Shown piece by piece: positions 10,150 through 23,419 of a stretch of 28,038 nt of DNA. The translations under genes and the position numbers were made by a program. Source of the DNA: Priapulus caudatus (lineage: Eukaryota). The notes beneath the pieces are model-generated. The model was given only the letters and a program-made list of their open reading frames with translations, was not told the DNA's origin and did no database searches. The DNA is taken from positions 183,880-211,917 of the forward strand of contig NW_014577081.1 of NCBI RefSeq assembly GCF_000485595.1, read 5' to 3'. How positions within the stretch are numbered: the stretch's first letter is position 1; every line of letters starts with the position of its first letter.

Positions 10150-11800
10150 GAAGTGTGAATGCAAAGCTTTGTTCTGCCGGACGTGACGTGCCGCGGGTGA
10201 CATTTTGAGCATTCGCCGAAGGATTCCTCTGCCAGCGTGTCGTGCGCGACGACACACATTGTTCTGCAGCGTAACCGCGGATCTCAAACCAGCTTAGATT
10301 GCAAGCTCATCTTATTGTCCATAGCGCGGTGACGATGGAAATGTGTATAGTTTGCATCCTGCTCGAATACAACGACGTCCTTTGTTAATGTAATCGACAC
10401 AACGGGCGGGTGCCTGCTTTTTCACGTGAACGCGGGAGTGTGGCTTGTGGTCTTCAGTTGGGAGCAACGGAGCCATAATGTAAGAGTGCACTCCGCGGGA
10501 TCGACAAGCCATGTATACAGCGATTATACAAGCAACATCGATCAGCTGAGACGATGGTTATAAATAGTACCAGCTTCAGTTGTTAGGCTACCAGCACATA
10601 TTATTTCCGTCGCTGCACGCGTGCGTTTAGTTGCCACCCGGTCACGGAAAGCCGAAAGGGTCTCCGAAATTTCGATTCCGTATTTCTCGTTAGTTGGCAG
10701 CGTCCGATTGCAAGCGATGCATCCGTGTTGGCCACACCGGAGTCTGTTTGATGCACGACAGCAGCTTTCTACAACTGAGATGCGCTCTGAGACAGGACTG
10801 CGTTTCCCAGCGAGGTGGCCTTACCTATATACTGTACGAAAAAGCAACCATCTCCTACAGAGAACAGCATCCTACTTTCCTGGTAATGTTTTCCGCGTCA
10901 GAAATATTTGCCTAATTAGTCGCTTAATTGGCAGTGATTGCAGATCGTTCGTACTGGGCTTGTTTATATTTTGTTTTAATGAAATTGTTTAGATTAATTT
11001 ATTTAAATGCAAGGCGCCCAATTTGTTTTTTAGCGTGTACTTGTAATATGTCACAAAGTCAATATAGAGCTGCTGTTTTTTAGGCGGTGTAACTTGTAAA
11101 TATGTCAAAAATCGCCTAGAGCTGGCATAGTAGTATAGTACTGTTGTTATTTTTCTAGGCTTGAGTCGGAAGGTATCGACGAGGACATGAATCTTGTGCA
11201 TGATGTTCAACGGAAGGTGCTGCGACAGTCTTTCCAGCGATCTGCTCACAGTTCTACAAGAGTCTACTCAGCAAGCAGGTGGCACGCGACGAAAAAAACA
11301 GATTCATGCTCTGGTCCGAGATTCTCAAATTACGGTTCCGAAGTTGCCATTCCACAGAGTTATTACACATAGGTGAGAATTACCGGGAAAATACTGGTAG
11401 TATGCGACGTACTGTCACTTTTATCATAAAGAAGTGGCTCAAATTCTACAATGTGTACATGCTTCTATTGAATGCGAATCAAACAATGTTATCATAGTTT
11501 AATATCAAAATCGCAGTTGTTTAACCAAACCTAAATTAAAGATGACGCGTTTTCGCGATCACATTTTTTCTCAGGATCATTATAACGTCATCACCGTCAC
11601 ACCGCTCTGTTGCTCCGCCATCATTTCTAATACATCTTTGCTTTTGGTGTAATGTAGTAAGAGCACGAGCTGATCGACAAGATCGTGGAGCGTCTGCGTG
11701 TGATGCAGTGACAGTACGGTGGCGCAGAGCATCCTGCGACGCCGGCGGAACCTCTGCCCGCGCAGCACGCGGGTCATGGAGACGTGTGGTTACGTCCGCA
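10150..11800 (-). mobile_element. Degenerate piggyBac-like transposase
   Basis: Ordered fragments in different frames resemble piggyBac motifs: KDVLEMMAEQ, MHKIHVLVDTF (KIRPL.D.F), GDGCFFVQYIGKATSLGNAVL (GY...Y.GK...LG..VV), SWYYL..QLIDVACIIAVY (W...LID.A..NA), then a His/Cys-rich tail (H...KKQAPARCVD). Many stops and frameshifts. Confidence 0.55.
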
Positions 11801-11870
11801 ACAGGGACCATCCTTATCCAGCAAGAAGGAGCGCACCCTGCTGGCAGCCGCTGCGGCATCACTCAAACAC

Positions 11871-12008
11871 AGGTGTTGTGTGGTGTGTGTGTGTGTGTGT
11901 GTTGTGTGTGTGTGTGTTGTGTTTGTGTGTCTGCGCGCTCACGTACACGCGTGTGTAGTATATATATGATTATATAAGAGAAAGAGAGAGGGGGGGGGGT
12001 AGAGAGAT
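11871..12008. repeat. (GT)n, (TA)n, (GA)n and poly-G simple repeats
   Basis: Visible runs. Confidence 0.9.
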
Positions 12009-13608
12009 TTCTACATACTTATATAAGCATCTATTTGCTCTATATACATAATTTAGGTGACTCAGGTATAATATTATGATCGCCATTATTGAGAATTTAT
12101 TATATTTTATTATATTTTATTCTTGTTTTAATTATCTGAAGCAATACGTATCTATTGGTTTTCTCTGTTTCAAATTTTAGAACTAGCATTAATTCAGCAG
12201 TTTGTCGCGTGTGTACGGTCAAGTCTTGGTAATGCAAACAAAGAAATCGGAGGTCAACACAGGGGGACCATGTCGAAGTTTCGTAAGCGATAAGCATCAG
12301 CCATCGCCGCGTCAGCGAAGTCGCCATCTACAGGACTGACGCAGTCTTCAGTGCAGTCCTGATGGCCATACAAACCGGGCAGAACTTGTCATCTACCCAG
12401 CTGGGGCGACCACGGACACTACCAATCAGTACGTCACAACAGGCAGGCGTCTCGGAGTAATGGAGTGGTGGCGTGCAAAACTCGAGTCCTCAGTTGGCAT
12501 ATGGGACCAGGTGAAAAGATGCGGCTGCAGACAATTGGATTGCCACAGCTTCCAAGCTCGAATACTACAGGCGCGGTGGCATGGCACGCCAACCACTTCC
12601 AGCGAACTTCTCTACCTCTTAGCCCTCTAGTGCTAAGTGGACACTTCTTCAGGCTTAGTTAATGACAGACTAAACATGATAACAGAATGACCATGGTTAC
12701 GTGATATTGCTCTGAATGTATATAGGACAGATGTGAACCACAAAACTAAATAATGTTGATGTTTGTTAATGTTTAATTCATACATAATGCGTAAGTGTTT
12801 TATACGTCTATATTCCTAATTACAATTTCACCGCCAGTGTAAATATGATAACTGCAATGATAACCACTAATAGCGCACCTAAAACTTTATAACTATTTAA
12901 TCATGTATTCGAGTTGACACATTTTAAGATTTGTCATTTGTTTTCTTCACTTTAAATAACAATAAAGCTTGATTTATTTATAATTATGAATGTATGTGCG
13001 TTTGTAATATGCGTACATCGATCTGGGCGTTGCTTGGCGAGTGCGCGCACTAAATGTGTGATACCAGACACAAAGCAGATAATGTTCGTGCAGCATATTT
13101 TTCCGCGATAGAATGGCAGGACGATATATTATTTCACAACATTACGATCTGATATTTGAAGCGATAGATATATATCAGGGGTGAATAATGACAAATATGA
13201 CCCTTGATATATAATGGCTTCCGATATTTGTACATGAATTTAGGATGACATTTGTTCGCGGTAGACAGACAGAGCACCGAAAATTTTGCTAATTAATGAA
13301 AGAGAACTGGAATTTACAAATTTTTATTCGCTCGCTTTATTACGTATTCAGTGAGTTATACAACCGGGTGGACAGTTAAAACGCCCCACCCTGAGATCAT
13401 CGCACAGAAAGAAATTAAAGCATGGTTCTCGATATCAATCTGATGAGTTTCTCATCTATCCGCATGTACAAACACTTGCAAATCATTCACGTTGGATTTC
13501 AGAGCCATGACTGAAATATGTACAAAGCACGCGTTATATGATATATACTCCTCCTATACTTTTTCCTCCGTGAATATATTCATATGACCCTCAACATACT
13601 GACACTCC

Positions 13609-14391
13609 NNNNNNNNNNNNNNNNNNNNNNNNNNNNNNNNNNNNNNNNNNNNNNNNNNNNNNNNNNNNNNNNNNNNNNNNNNNNNNNNNNNNNNNNNNNN
13701 NNNNNNNNNNNNNNNNNNNNNNNNNNNNNNNNNNNNNNNNNNNNNNNNNNNNNNNNNNNNNNNNNNNNNNNNNNNNNNNNNNNNNNNNNNNNNNNNNNNN
13801 NNNNNNNNNNNNNNNNNNNNNNNNNNNNNNNNNNNNNNNNNNNNNNNNNNNNNNNNNNNNNNNNNNNNNNNNNNNNNNNNNNNNNNNNNNNNNNNNNNNN
13901 NNNNNNNNNNNNNNNNNNNNNNNNNNNNNNNNNNNNNNNNNNNNNNNNNNNNNNNNNNNNNNNNNNNNNNNNNNNNNNNNNNNNNNNNNNNNNNNNNNNN
14001 NNNNNNNNNNNNNNNNNNNNNNNNNNNNNNNNNNNNNNNNNNNNNNNNNNNNNNNNNNNNNNNNNNNNNNNNNNNNNNNNNNNNNNNNNNNNNNNNNNNN
14101 NNNNNNNNNNNNNNNNNNNNNNNNNNNNNNNNNNNNNNNNNNNNNNNNNNNNNNNNNNNNNNNNNNNNNNNNNNNNNNNNNNNNNNNNNNNNNNNNNNNN
14201 NNNNNNNNNNNNNNNNNNNNNNNNNNNNNNNNNNNNNNNNNNNNNNNNNNNNNNNNNNNNNNNNNNNNNNNNNNNNNNNNNNNNNNNNNNNNNNNNNNNN
14301 NNNNNNNNNNNNNNNNNNNNNNNNNNNNNNNNNNNNNNNNNNNNNNNNNNNNNNNNNNNNNNNNNNNNNNNNNNNNNNNNNNNNNNNNNNN
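13609..14391. other. Assembly gap
   Basis: Run of N. Confidence 1.
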
Positions 14392-14879
14392 GGATGCGAC
14401 GGCGCGGCACTAGCGATAAGGGGGCGGGGCAACAGGGCACGTTTGGCCCCGGGGCCACCACATTTGGGGGCCCCCCCATTTAGAGTATGGCCTAAAATTT
14501 AACAAAAAACTGTCGTAGATTGTGATCACGGAAAATTCGTTAGCATGTAACGTTAAAGTGATACGTTTCCGGATGCGTGTTCTCTGACTGAATTTTGTGC
14601 TGTTCAGCTGAAGGCAGCTTTCCCTAATACCGAAATTGGCTCTGAGATCTATGGCTCTGCATTGATTGTCGTGCGATTGTAGCGGTGAAAGTCATTTTTT
14701 AAACCTCAAGTTGAATTAAAGAAGTCACATGAGATACCACGATGAGCCAACAGGAGACTGGTAAACCTCAGTAATTCCCTGCTATCTCGAGAAATGTGAC
14801 GATTTTAAAGTTCGTTGAAACACGGCGGGATAAAATCTCTCTGAATTCGCGAAGCATGAAAGTGCAGAAACTACGACTA

Positions 14880-15790
14880 TACGGGCCGCCCGCACACAAT
14901 TGGCGGCTGGCCGCCGGGCCCCGCGCACGGCACGCTTGAGGTCCGGCGCCGCTGCGACGCGCGGCGCATCACGCACGAAGAACGCGCCGGCGCGCACACA
15001 CAGCGCGCACGCGCAGGCAGCACGACACGCGGACAGGGCGCACAGCAGTCGGCGAGTCGCACGGGCGCGCACACGCACGGTCAGCCTCCGCGGCAGGGGA
15101 TGTGCTGAGCGCGACGCGCACAAAAAACAGCACGCACACACAACCGTCACGCATTAACGCACGTGCGCACGCACGCACTGCGCATACCCACACACCACAC
15201 ATGCACAGCGCAGCGTACACAGAAACACATAGCCGCACACAGACACACGCAGCGCACAGCGACCACGCTGCGGTATCTGTAAAACGCAGCGTGCGCACGG
15301 CACGCCCGGCCCGCGACAGCGCGCTGAACGACGCACGAAACACACACACACACACAGCAGTGTGGCCACGCAAAACGACACGCGCGCGTGCGCACAGATT
15401 AGCACACACATACTAACGCACGCCGGACTGCCCCACACCGCCCAATACACCGACACAACCGCAAAAAGACCGCATACCCGCACGTGCGCACGCGAGCGCG
15501 CGCACACGCCACTAGCACATAGCACGCACGTAGCGCGCACGAGCACACACACGCGCGCCGCACGACACGCTACTACTTGACGCAAACAACGCACGGCACA
15601 CAGCACACACACACACACCCACACCCGGGCTGACACACACAACACACACACACACACCAGCACACACACACACACGCACATACACACTCACACGGCGGCG
15701 CCACCACACACGCACGTACAGCCACTACACGCGCGAACACGGCACACACGCACAAGCACTACATGAACACGACGCGGCAGAATAGCACGC
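14880..15790. repeat. Degenerate (CG/CA)n low-complexity tract
   Basis: Rich in gcac/cgca/caca; the distal part matches 1-550. Confidence 0.9.
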
Positions 15791-16812
15791 CAGCGTGGGT
15801 TCGCGCGACTGATGCAGAATGAGTCGCGGAATGGTACATGTGACCACCTTCTTATCGAGAGGATGCACCCCTCGCACGGCGTTCATGCTGAAGCGAACTA
15901 AAGTTGAGCGTGGGTGCTTATACCATTTTCATTTTGAGGTGATTATATTTTTTGGCCCGCGCCAGATGAGTGGCTCCGTGTGCACTGCTAGCTGGACTCG
16001 TGACAACTATGGTGACCATCCAGGGCCGGCTCGCATGGCTGAGGAGGCCACGCCAATCTATGTAGTGCATGTCTCTCAGGATTTCAAAGTGCGCTTCGAA
16101 GATTTACAGAAAATAGCAAAAATTATACAGAAGGAAATGCAATTTGATGGAATTTGGCTAAAATATTCCTGTCTTTATTTGTTTTTCTTTTTCTTCTGAT
16201 TCATGACGAGGACTTGAGAGGAAACTGAAATTTTACATGGTAAAGGGAAATAGCTTTTTATATCTGAAAAAGAAAGTGGCTTGAAATGCATTCTGGGGCA
16301 TTAATTGGCTGTATGCAAAGCGAGGCAAAATGATAGAGAATAAAATTCCATATGGTTTTTAGCTATTGCTGCTGTGACTGAATGTGTGCTCAAATGGTGC
16401 TCATTTTTTGTGCCAGGGACGCCTTTGAATTTTGAAATTTCCTGGGGAGGCCCCCCATGACCTCCCGCCCTGTGCTTCGCGCCTGGCGGCGCTCACCGTG
16501 GGGTCGGTGTGCGCCTTTTGGAGGATGTGCCCTTTAAAATCTGAAAAAATACTGTCTAGGCTCGCAGCTGGGGATCCGCCCCTGGACACTGCTATTTAGG
16601 TAGGAGCACGCGGCCTATGGGGCGTATATCCAGGCTTGTTCTCGTATGCTCCGCGACGCGTGCACTGTCAGGAGAGTGAGTTTTACCGGTATCCAGCATG
16701 TAAGTAGTCTATACTTTCGTTTGGTTTAGTTTTGTTTGATTTTGTGTTGTGTACACATTTCCGTACAGTATACATGCATGACGTTTAATTTACAATACAA
16801 CATGATTTAGAT

Positions 16813-17009
16813 CAGGCGGCGTAGCTAGGATTTTATTTTGGAGGGGGGCGGCAAATGAGGCAACGTGAAGTGTGAGAATCAGGGGCGTAAATCCGTACCG
16901 AGGAGTGGGGGGGATGATCGCGATCCAGCCATCACATACTAGCACGACACAAGCCCACAAATAATTTACGCAGCTACGCCGCTGATCGCGCACGCAGACC
17001 GAACATACA

Positions 17010-17048
<39 letters not shown>

Positions 17049-18856
17049 CACACCACACACCACACACACACACACACACACATAACACCAAACGAACAAA
17101 CAACAAAGTTACCCACACACACAACACACTACACACACAGCACACACAGGCACCACACAGCACACACACACGATCACACCGGCGCACCACAGCACACACA
17201 CACACACACACACTCAGCACACGACACACCGCATGACACACGTACATATATTTATACATGCCTACATAATGCACCGCAACCATGCCAAATTTGACACCCG
17301 GCGTACGTTTTGGCACGTGCCGTAGGCATGTCAGTGCTAGGGGGGTCTGGGGGCATGGCCCGCCCTAGAAAATCTTTGAAAACAGTATTTTAACGCGCAT
17401 TTCTCCTGGCAATCTGAGGGGGCGATAACTGTGGGCCATGATTCTCATGTCTGATGGCACTATCTCAACGCTCTTAGACTTTCATTACTTTTCAGAGAGG
17501 CGTACACAGTTAGGTTACTAATAGTAATCATACATGTCCCGTAAGAATTGCAATTTTCTCACAATTTCACGGGTTTTTGTATGTTTGCAACTATAGCTTT
17601 TTGGCTATTTGTGATCTGGAAACATTTTCTTGAAGAGTTCATTTGCATGTCTGCCGCCTAAAGGCACATTGTGTTCAATTAAATAATCCGTAAATTCTCA
17701 CTTGCGTCAAGACAGACAATTCTCTATCTGCCGCAAAGAAGCTTGATATATTGGGTGTAGATTCCACTGGCACGCCGCATCGCACTTGTTACTTTTGAGA
17801 GACTATATGCCTCTGGCAGTCACTCCTTCCTCGCGTGGGCCCACTTGAAAGTCTGTCTTGCATACCATGGCAAGTAGCCATGATTTAACACTGAATTGTA
17901 CTGTTGCTCATACAGTTAGCGTACTACAGTAAATGAGCTTACAGGACATTTAAAAAACTCATTTCTCAATGCATTATGCTGAAATTGAAACAATCACATT
18001 TCTTTCTTTTCCTTCTTCTTCTTTCTTTCTTTCTTTTTTTTAAATTTAGGAGGGGGTATTTGTACAGGCATCCCCCCCTTCCTTCAAGAGTGGGGGATGG
18101 CTCCCGCCCATCCCCCCGGGATTTACGCCCCTGGTGCGGATGCACTGAAAAGAGCGCGCGGAGCGCGCTTCCTAGGGGGTGGTGCAGGGAGGGGGGAGTT
18201 TCGCCTCGCGCGAAGCGCGGAAGCTCTGACGTTTCGATTAAATTATTAGAGAACAGAAAAGACGATTCCGTTGTACCGTTCTCAAACCTTAATCCTAAGA
18301 ATGTTCAAGAAATTAATATGGGATTTATTGTTAAACAAGATTTCGATTTTTTTAGGATATCTTCAGAAAAGAGCATGATGCATGTGATAAATATATTGAC
18401 GTTTAAATCAAGCCAATCACCAAAGCCAATCAGCATTTCATCATAAGATCTTCCACTAATTGCTAGCAGGACTGTGTGATGAGGGTCGACACACAATAGA
18501 ATACACAAGTAGCACGTAGAGAACGGCGCGACCGCTGTACACAAAATACCGTAGAGCTGCCGATAGTCATTATTATTGTTGTAGGTACGCATGATATGTT
18601 ATGCGAGCTGGATGAAAGGCGAGCTGCGCTGGGCTCAAAAGCTTCATTTTACAAATATTTTTTAATATTAAAGATATTCTGTTGTTTGCTTTTATCAATC
18701 TTTTTAACACGCAAGCTCTGTCATGTGTCTTTGGTATGCTCCTTTTTCTTCTACGTCCTCTTACTTTTTTCTCTTCTCTCTCTTCATTTTTGGGCCGAGC
18801 GTTTTGGAGGGGGCGACGCGCCGCCCACCGCCCCCCCCCCCTGGCCTACGCGCCTG
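16813..18856. mobile_element. hAT-type outer element, copy B (nested element at 16880-18133)
   Basis: ATTTAGAT|CAGGCG...CGCCTG|ATTTAG(G)AT. Inner element caggggcgtaaatcc...ggatttacgcccctg. Confidence 0.8.
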
Positions 18857-18946
18857 ATTTAGGATTAGCATTATAACATACACAATAATAATATCATTAT
18901 TTTTTTTGTCATAAGGTACTAAATCATCACAATTTCATCGTCCGTC

Positions 18947-19216
18947 ATGTGTGGTATATGGCGCTTGTTCGGGAGGCTATGGCGGTGATCACCGAAGCAA
19001 ATAGGCCACGTCCTGAAAGTCCACTTAGCAGGGGACCAGATGCCTTCGCCGCATGCGAGTGCAAACAATCATTTGTTCCGGCATTGCTGGCCTGGCGTTT
19101 CACCGCTTGGCTATTCATTGATGACCTCTAGTCGGAATGCAGGCGCTATGAGAGTAAACATGCTTCCCCCCTGTGGGCTCATTTGATAATGGAGAAATCT
19201 ACTAACACAAAAACAG
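18947..19216 (+). CDS. ASNS: ASNS coding exon 1, copy B (frameshifted as assembled)
   Basis: ATGTGTGGTATA (MCGI); RGPDAF and DNGEIY recognisable. Confidence 0.85.
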
Positions 19217-19754
19217 GTCATAACTTATTTTTTCATTGTAGAAAAATGTAAGAAAAAAAAGAATGGGCATCGATAGCATTCACTATGCATGTATTGAGTC
19301 GCATGGTAAGAGCGCAGTCGTACGCAACGGCGGAGGGAATACCGACACGAAGAGAGAGTTGATCGCATGGCGAGGCAGGGGCAAGGCTGTGGAGGGTCGG
19401 TGTGGATGGGTCGGTGTGGATAGGCGTTGGTGTGGATGGTGGTGGCAGCGGTGGGGCGACATGGGCCGGGATGGTGGGGGATGCGCGAGAGAAGAATGTA
19501 GAGCAAAGTAGAAAAAAGGGGAAAGTAGAAAAAAGTCACCCTGATATATCATCTATCGTGAGCAAAATAATCAGCTGGCTCTGAATGTTTAGTTACAATA
19601 GCAGTGTGAATATCATCATTGTCTTCAGTTGCCAACATGGAAAGATAATAAAATTCATGATAGCAACCGCGTTTATGCAGTCACGGAAAATTCGTTTATG
19701 GCTCACAATCTTGCAGAGCTTCGATTCTCACTTCGTGTGTTTTCATTCGTCTAG

Positions 19755-20015
19755 GTGCGGCTTCCAGCACGCTTCAACTTTCAGACGCAGTGTGATGGGG
19801 AGGTGAGGTTCCTTCACCTCTACCGATGACCGTTTGGGGCCGAATACGCAGCGGCGAAGGCGTGGACGGTGTATTCGCCCTTCTCCGCATTTTGACACAG
19901 AGAAGCAGCAGGTTCATATCGGCCGTGACACATACGGCGTCCAGACCTGCGCTTCAAGCTACTGTCGGCGAGTGACGGAGTGTTAGCCCCCATCCTGCTC
20001 GGAGGCACAAAAGGG
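19755..20015 (+). CDS. ASNS: ASNS coding exon 2, copy B (indel-rich)
   Basis: Colinear with 4432-4664; [11 protein letters not shown]. Confidence 0.85.
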
Positions 20016-20607
20016 GTGCGGCGCATAACTTATACAGAGAGATGGAAACAGAGGGAGCAGATGCCTGGAAGTTGTAGCTTAACAGTAACGAGGAAGAGGG
20101 AGAGGTGCAAAGTATGGTATAATTATAGTTATTAAAGAAGGTATGAAAGAATGAAATTATGAAGTAGGGCTGAATAGGAAAAAAGTAGTTATGGAAAGCC
20201 TATGGTAAAGAGGGTTAAGAGGCAAAGTAAGAGAAGTGGCTGCAAATGGAAGCTCAATGTTACAAATTCATTGCAAAACGTGAAAGAAGAAGTGGCAAGA
20301 ACAAGTTGATGTTTGCGATGAAAGCACATAAAACCAGAGTAATGAAACGGCTGCCAGTAAGTTGATGTTGAGTTTTCGAGTGCAGTAAATGGTGGGATAC
20401 ACATTAGGTTGAAGGTAAAGGATCCAGACACAATCTCTGAAATTGGCTGTTTTGACTTAACTGTAATAATGTTAATGGGATCCGAATACAAAGGGACTTC
20501 TTCCCCCAACGTCAGATTACAGATTTCTAATGCCTTATAATACTCCCGTATAACACTATTGTAGAACAGCGATATGTGATTTAATGTATTCCGCCTATCG
20601 TTTCTAG

Positions 20608-20805
20608 GTCTAGTGCATCTTTACGGATCAATGGAAGAATGGCTCACTCTGTCGAAGCTCACCTCCTGTCGCCTCCAGGACACATTGAGAGCTATCAAAT
20701 GGATGACGAGGAGAGAGTAAAGTTTCACTGATAGAGCAAAAGCAGTTGCACTTATATAGGTGCTATGCGCCACATACGCTGTCGCTAGGAAAGACTATCT
20801 GACAG
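20608..20805 (+). CDS. ASNS: ASNS coding exon 3, copy B (indel-rich)
   Basis: Colinear with 5219-5410; PPGHIESYQMDDE. Confidence 0.85.
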
Positions 20806-21321
20806 TACAATACAAAAGTATTACTGTTCTTTCTAGTTAGTAGGGGAACGTGTTTAACAAAGCCACAGGTAGGGGTTGGGCACATCGCTGGAAAAGCTGG
20901 AAAATCCTGGAAAATCACTATGATCCTGAAAGGGCTTTGTACTAATTTAGCTTATATTCATGGGGCTGGAGAAATGGGTCCTGGATTTGATAAATTTATA
21001 GAACAAGTCTTCATGTGACAGAACGCTGGCAGGTTTGCCTTTATTTTGGCAACTGGTATGGAACAAGTACAGCCTGTTTTTCACAGGCAATACCAGTGGC
21101 ACACATACTACATGAACTATATAAGACTAATGTATGATAGTGATACATGACATACTAGTGCAGCACTTGTCCTAATGATGTCACTCAATAAAGGGTAAAG
21201 TGGCTTCACTGACAGGGGCGTTGGTTTCATAGAGGTAGTATGGCAACCGTCATAACTGCGCGACTGCAATAAAATTGTCATAATTGGCCCTTGCAAATCC
21301 GTGTTTGCATTTACTGCGTAG

Positions 21322-21419
21322 ATAACATCCGAGTTTAAATCATTCGCAATGACTCCTTTACTGCTGGCTGTTGAGAAGAGAATGATGTCTGGATCGGCGA
21401 ATTGGCTGCTTACTATCAG
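21322..21419 (+). CDS. ASNS: ASNS coding exon 4, copy B (indel-rich)
   Basis: Colinear with 5904-5993; ends ctatcag|gtact. Confidence 0.85.
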
Positions 21420-21801
21420 GTACTGTAGAATATTGAACCACATCTTCTGAGTTTCTCACAACCAAGTGCAGCTACACTTGTTTGTGTGATATGTCAATAG
21501 TTCATACCTGCTTGAAAAGTTTTGGCGAATCTCGACTCTTGACTAACGCATTTTAAAGCTTGACCATTTTATATACTAATCATACCTTTGATTATATTAT
21601 TTAAAAAACCACTTTAAAATATTTTTTAGGCTTTCTGGATTGTCATACTGATGGATACAATTCTATTACTTTAATAAATTCACGTCGTCGCGCATTTCTG
21701 TTGGCTCCCCTTATGTGTTTGTATACTCTATTGATCTTTTATTAAAGATGTGTGTTTTCGTTTGTCTTCGCAACTGGTATTTCTATCCATGTGCTGTACA
21801 G

Positions 21802-21931
21802 GCGGACTTGACTGACCAGTGCTCATTGCTGCATGCTGTTAATGCAGCAAAGGATATGCAAGTTGTGTAGCTCGCCGATTCTAGACGAATTTTCATTGGT
21901 ATGGAGGGAATCTGATCTGGCAGCTCTCAAA
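21802..21931 (+). CDS. ASNS: ASNS coding exon 5 (indel-rich)
   Basis: tacag|GC GGA CTT GAC = (G)GLD, then LIAA, IGMEG and SDLAA. Donor near gttagc. Confidence 0.8.
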
Positions 21932-22124
21932 GTTAGCTAGCTGAAGCAGAACGGATGAAGAATATTTAGCATGCTTTTATATAATAGCTTTGATCTCTAA
22001 ACTTGATTAAAAAATGCAGATCGTATTTGCAATGACTCTCATTAGCACATGGGCCATTACTTTGGACTGTGTGGATAAATTCTCAAACTATACCAGTCGT
22101 GGAGAAGGAAAACAATTGTTTTCG

Positions 22125-22607
22125 CCCGGGGGCGGTGGGGGGCACGCCCATTGTTAAAGGTATGGGACGTTGCCGCCTGGAACAGTGTTTATTTTTCGAA
22201 ACATCATTATTGGGCAACAGGGTATATTTCCGAACAATCATTATTGCCACAGGGTTTCTAGAATACGCGCACCCATCAAAGGCTGATATTGGCCTAATAT
22301 TGCGCACAGAAACAATATTGGGCCAATATCACCAGGCGAATATTGCACGCATATCGGCCAAATATTGCAAACAATATTGGGCCAAATATCACCAAGGCCG
22401 ATATTGACGCACATATCTGCTATATTGACAGCGGGACAGGACATAAACCGAAGTGTCCAATATTGCAACAGGGTAACTTTTTAGTCGGCAGTATATTGGG
22501 CATGGCGTATTTTAGGGCTCAAAGCGGTTTGGCGAACAGGGTCCAGGGTTTCAAGGTCCGCCGAGGCCCCCCCTAATCGTCAGTTCCGAGGCGAGTGCCC
22601 CACCGGG
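22125..22607. mobile_element. Non-autonomous DNA transposon with 8-bp TSD in ASNS intron
   Basis: Termini CCCGG...GGGGCAC / GTGCCCCACCGGG, with perfect TSD TGTTTTCG at 22117-22124 and 22608-22615. Confidence 0.8.
22270..22500. repeat. Array of short palindromic (CA/GA)ATATTG(GCC) units
   Basis: gatattggcc, aatattg and ccaatat recur in both orientations. Confidence 0.7.
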
Positions 22608-22673
22608 TGTTTTCGTCATTCTGATTATCTTCGTTTGAGTTGAAATTGGGTGTTACAATCTACGAAACTCTAG

Positions 22674-22800
22674 GTGGCTGATCACATAGGCAGTGAGCAT
22701 CACCCCGTGGTGTTCACACCTGAAGAAGGAGTTGCCACACTGCAAGACGTCATTTATCACCTTGAGTCATACGATATCACGACGATACGGGCATCTGTTG
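22674..22800 (+). CDS. ASNS: ASNS coding exon 6
   Basis: tag|GTG...GTTG|gtgaga, 127 nt. [42 protein letters not shown]. Confidence 0.96.
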
Positions 22801-22936
22801 GTGAGAAAGAGCCTACATACTATATAAGCACATATATGTGCTTTGAATTTAGAGAGCACATACCCACCAGTAGCTTGGCATGAAAGATATCTATGCAAAT
22901 ATCTCACTTTAGTAATCATAATAGCTCCGGCTGTAC

Positions 22937-23031
22937 CCTGAGAAAATATATGGGGGGGGGACAGAACATGTTGTGAAGATCAAGAATTGAACCTGAGAAA
23001 ATATATGGGGGGGGGGGCAAAATGTTGTGAA
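22937..23031. repeat. Two-copy tandem duplication (~55-bp period)
   Basis: cctgagaaaatatat(g)n...atgttgtgaa at 22937 and 22992. Confidence 0.85.
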
Positions 23032-23419
23032 TCAGCTGAATAATACAGGTGGGACATATCTCCCAGGCCACGTTGATAGTATGGTAGCTCGTATGTCTAA
23101 GGCAAGGGTTTCTCAGACGACTGCTTGATGATTTACACTTTTCTAGGGTAATTTACATTTATTAAGTTTTGATTATATATTTCTCCAATATTTACCAGTG
23201 AGGCAGCAACTGCCCTCCTTTGCTCCAGAATCTACAGCCCTGTTTCTCTACATCAACACAACCAGTTGCAGTCCAACCTTGAGATTTCCCCCCACAGATA
23301 TATAGGTTTCTGCTTCTTTGCAATTAAGAACTATTGTTTTATTAAATTCTAATTATAACAAAGAAGGCCTTTTAAAAGTGTTTGCTAAAGTAATTTTGTT
23401 GTAATTTTTATGTTTATAG

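Noticed and set aside
12619..12662. TTAGCCCTCTAGTGC and GTTAA as piggyBac termini
   Set aside because: No matching inverted partner was found in the window.
14392..14480. GC-rich MITE-like start after the gap
   Set aside because: Noisy sequence; no terminal repeat pair or TSD could be established.
13554..14483. ~300-aa ORFs
   Set aside because: They span the N gap and are artefacts.
22270..22500. CRISPR-like array
   Set aside because: The units are short, degenerate and in both orientations, with no constant repeat-spacer period and no cas genes. The context is a eukaryotic intron.
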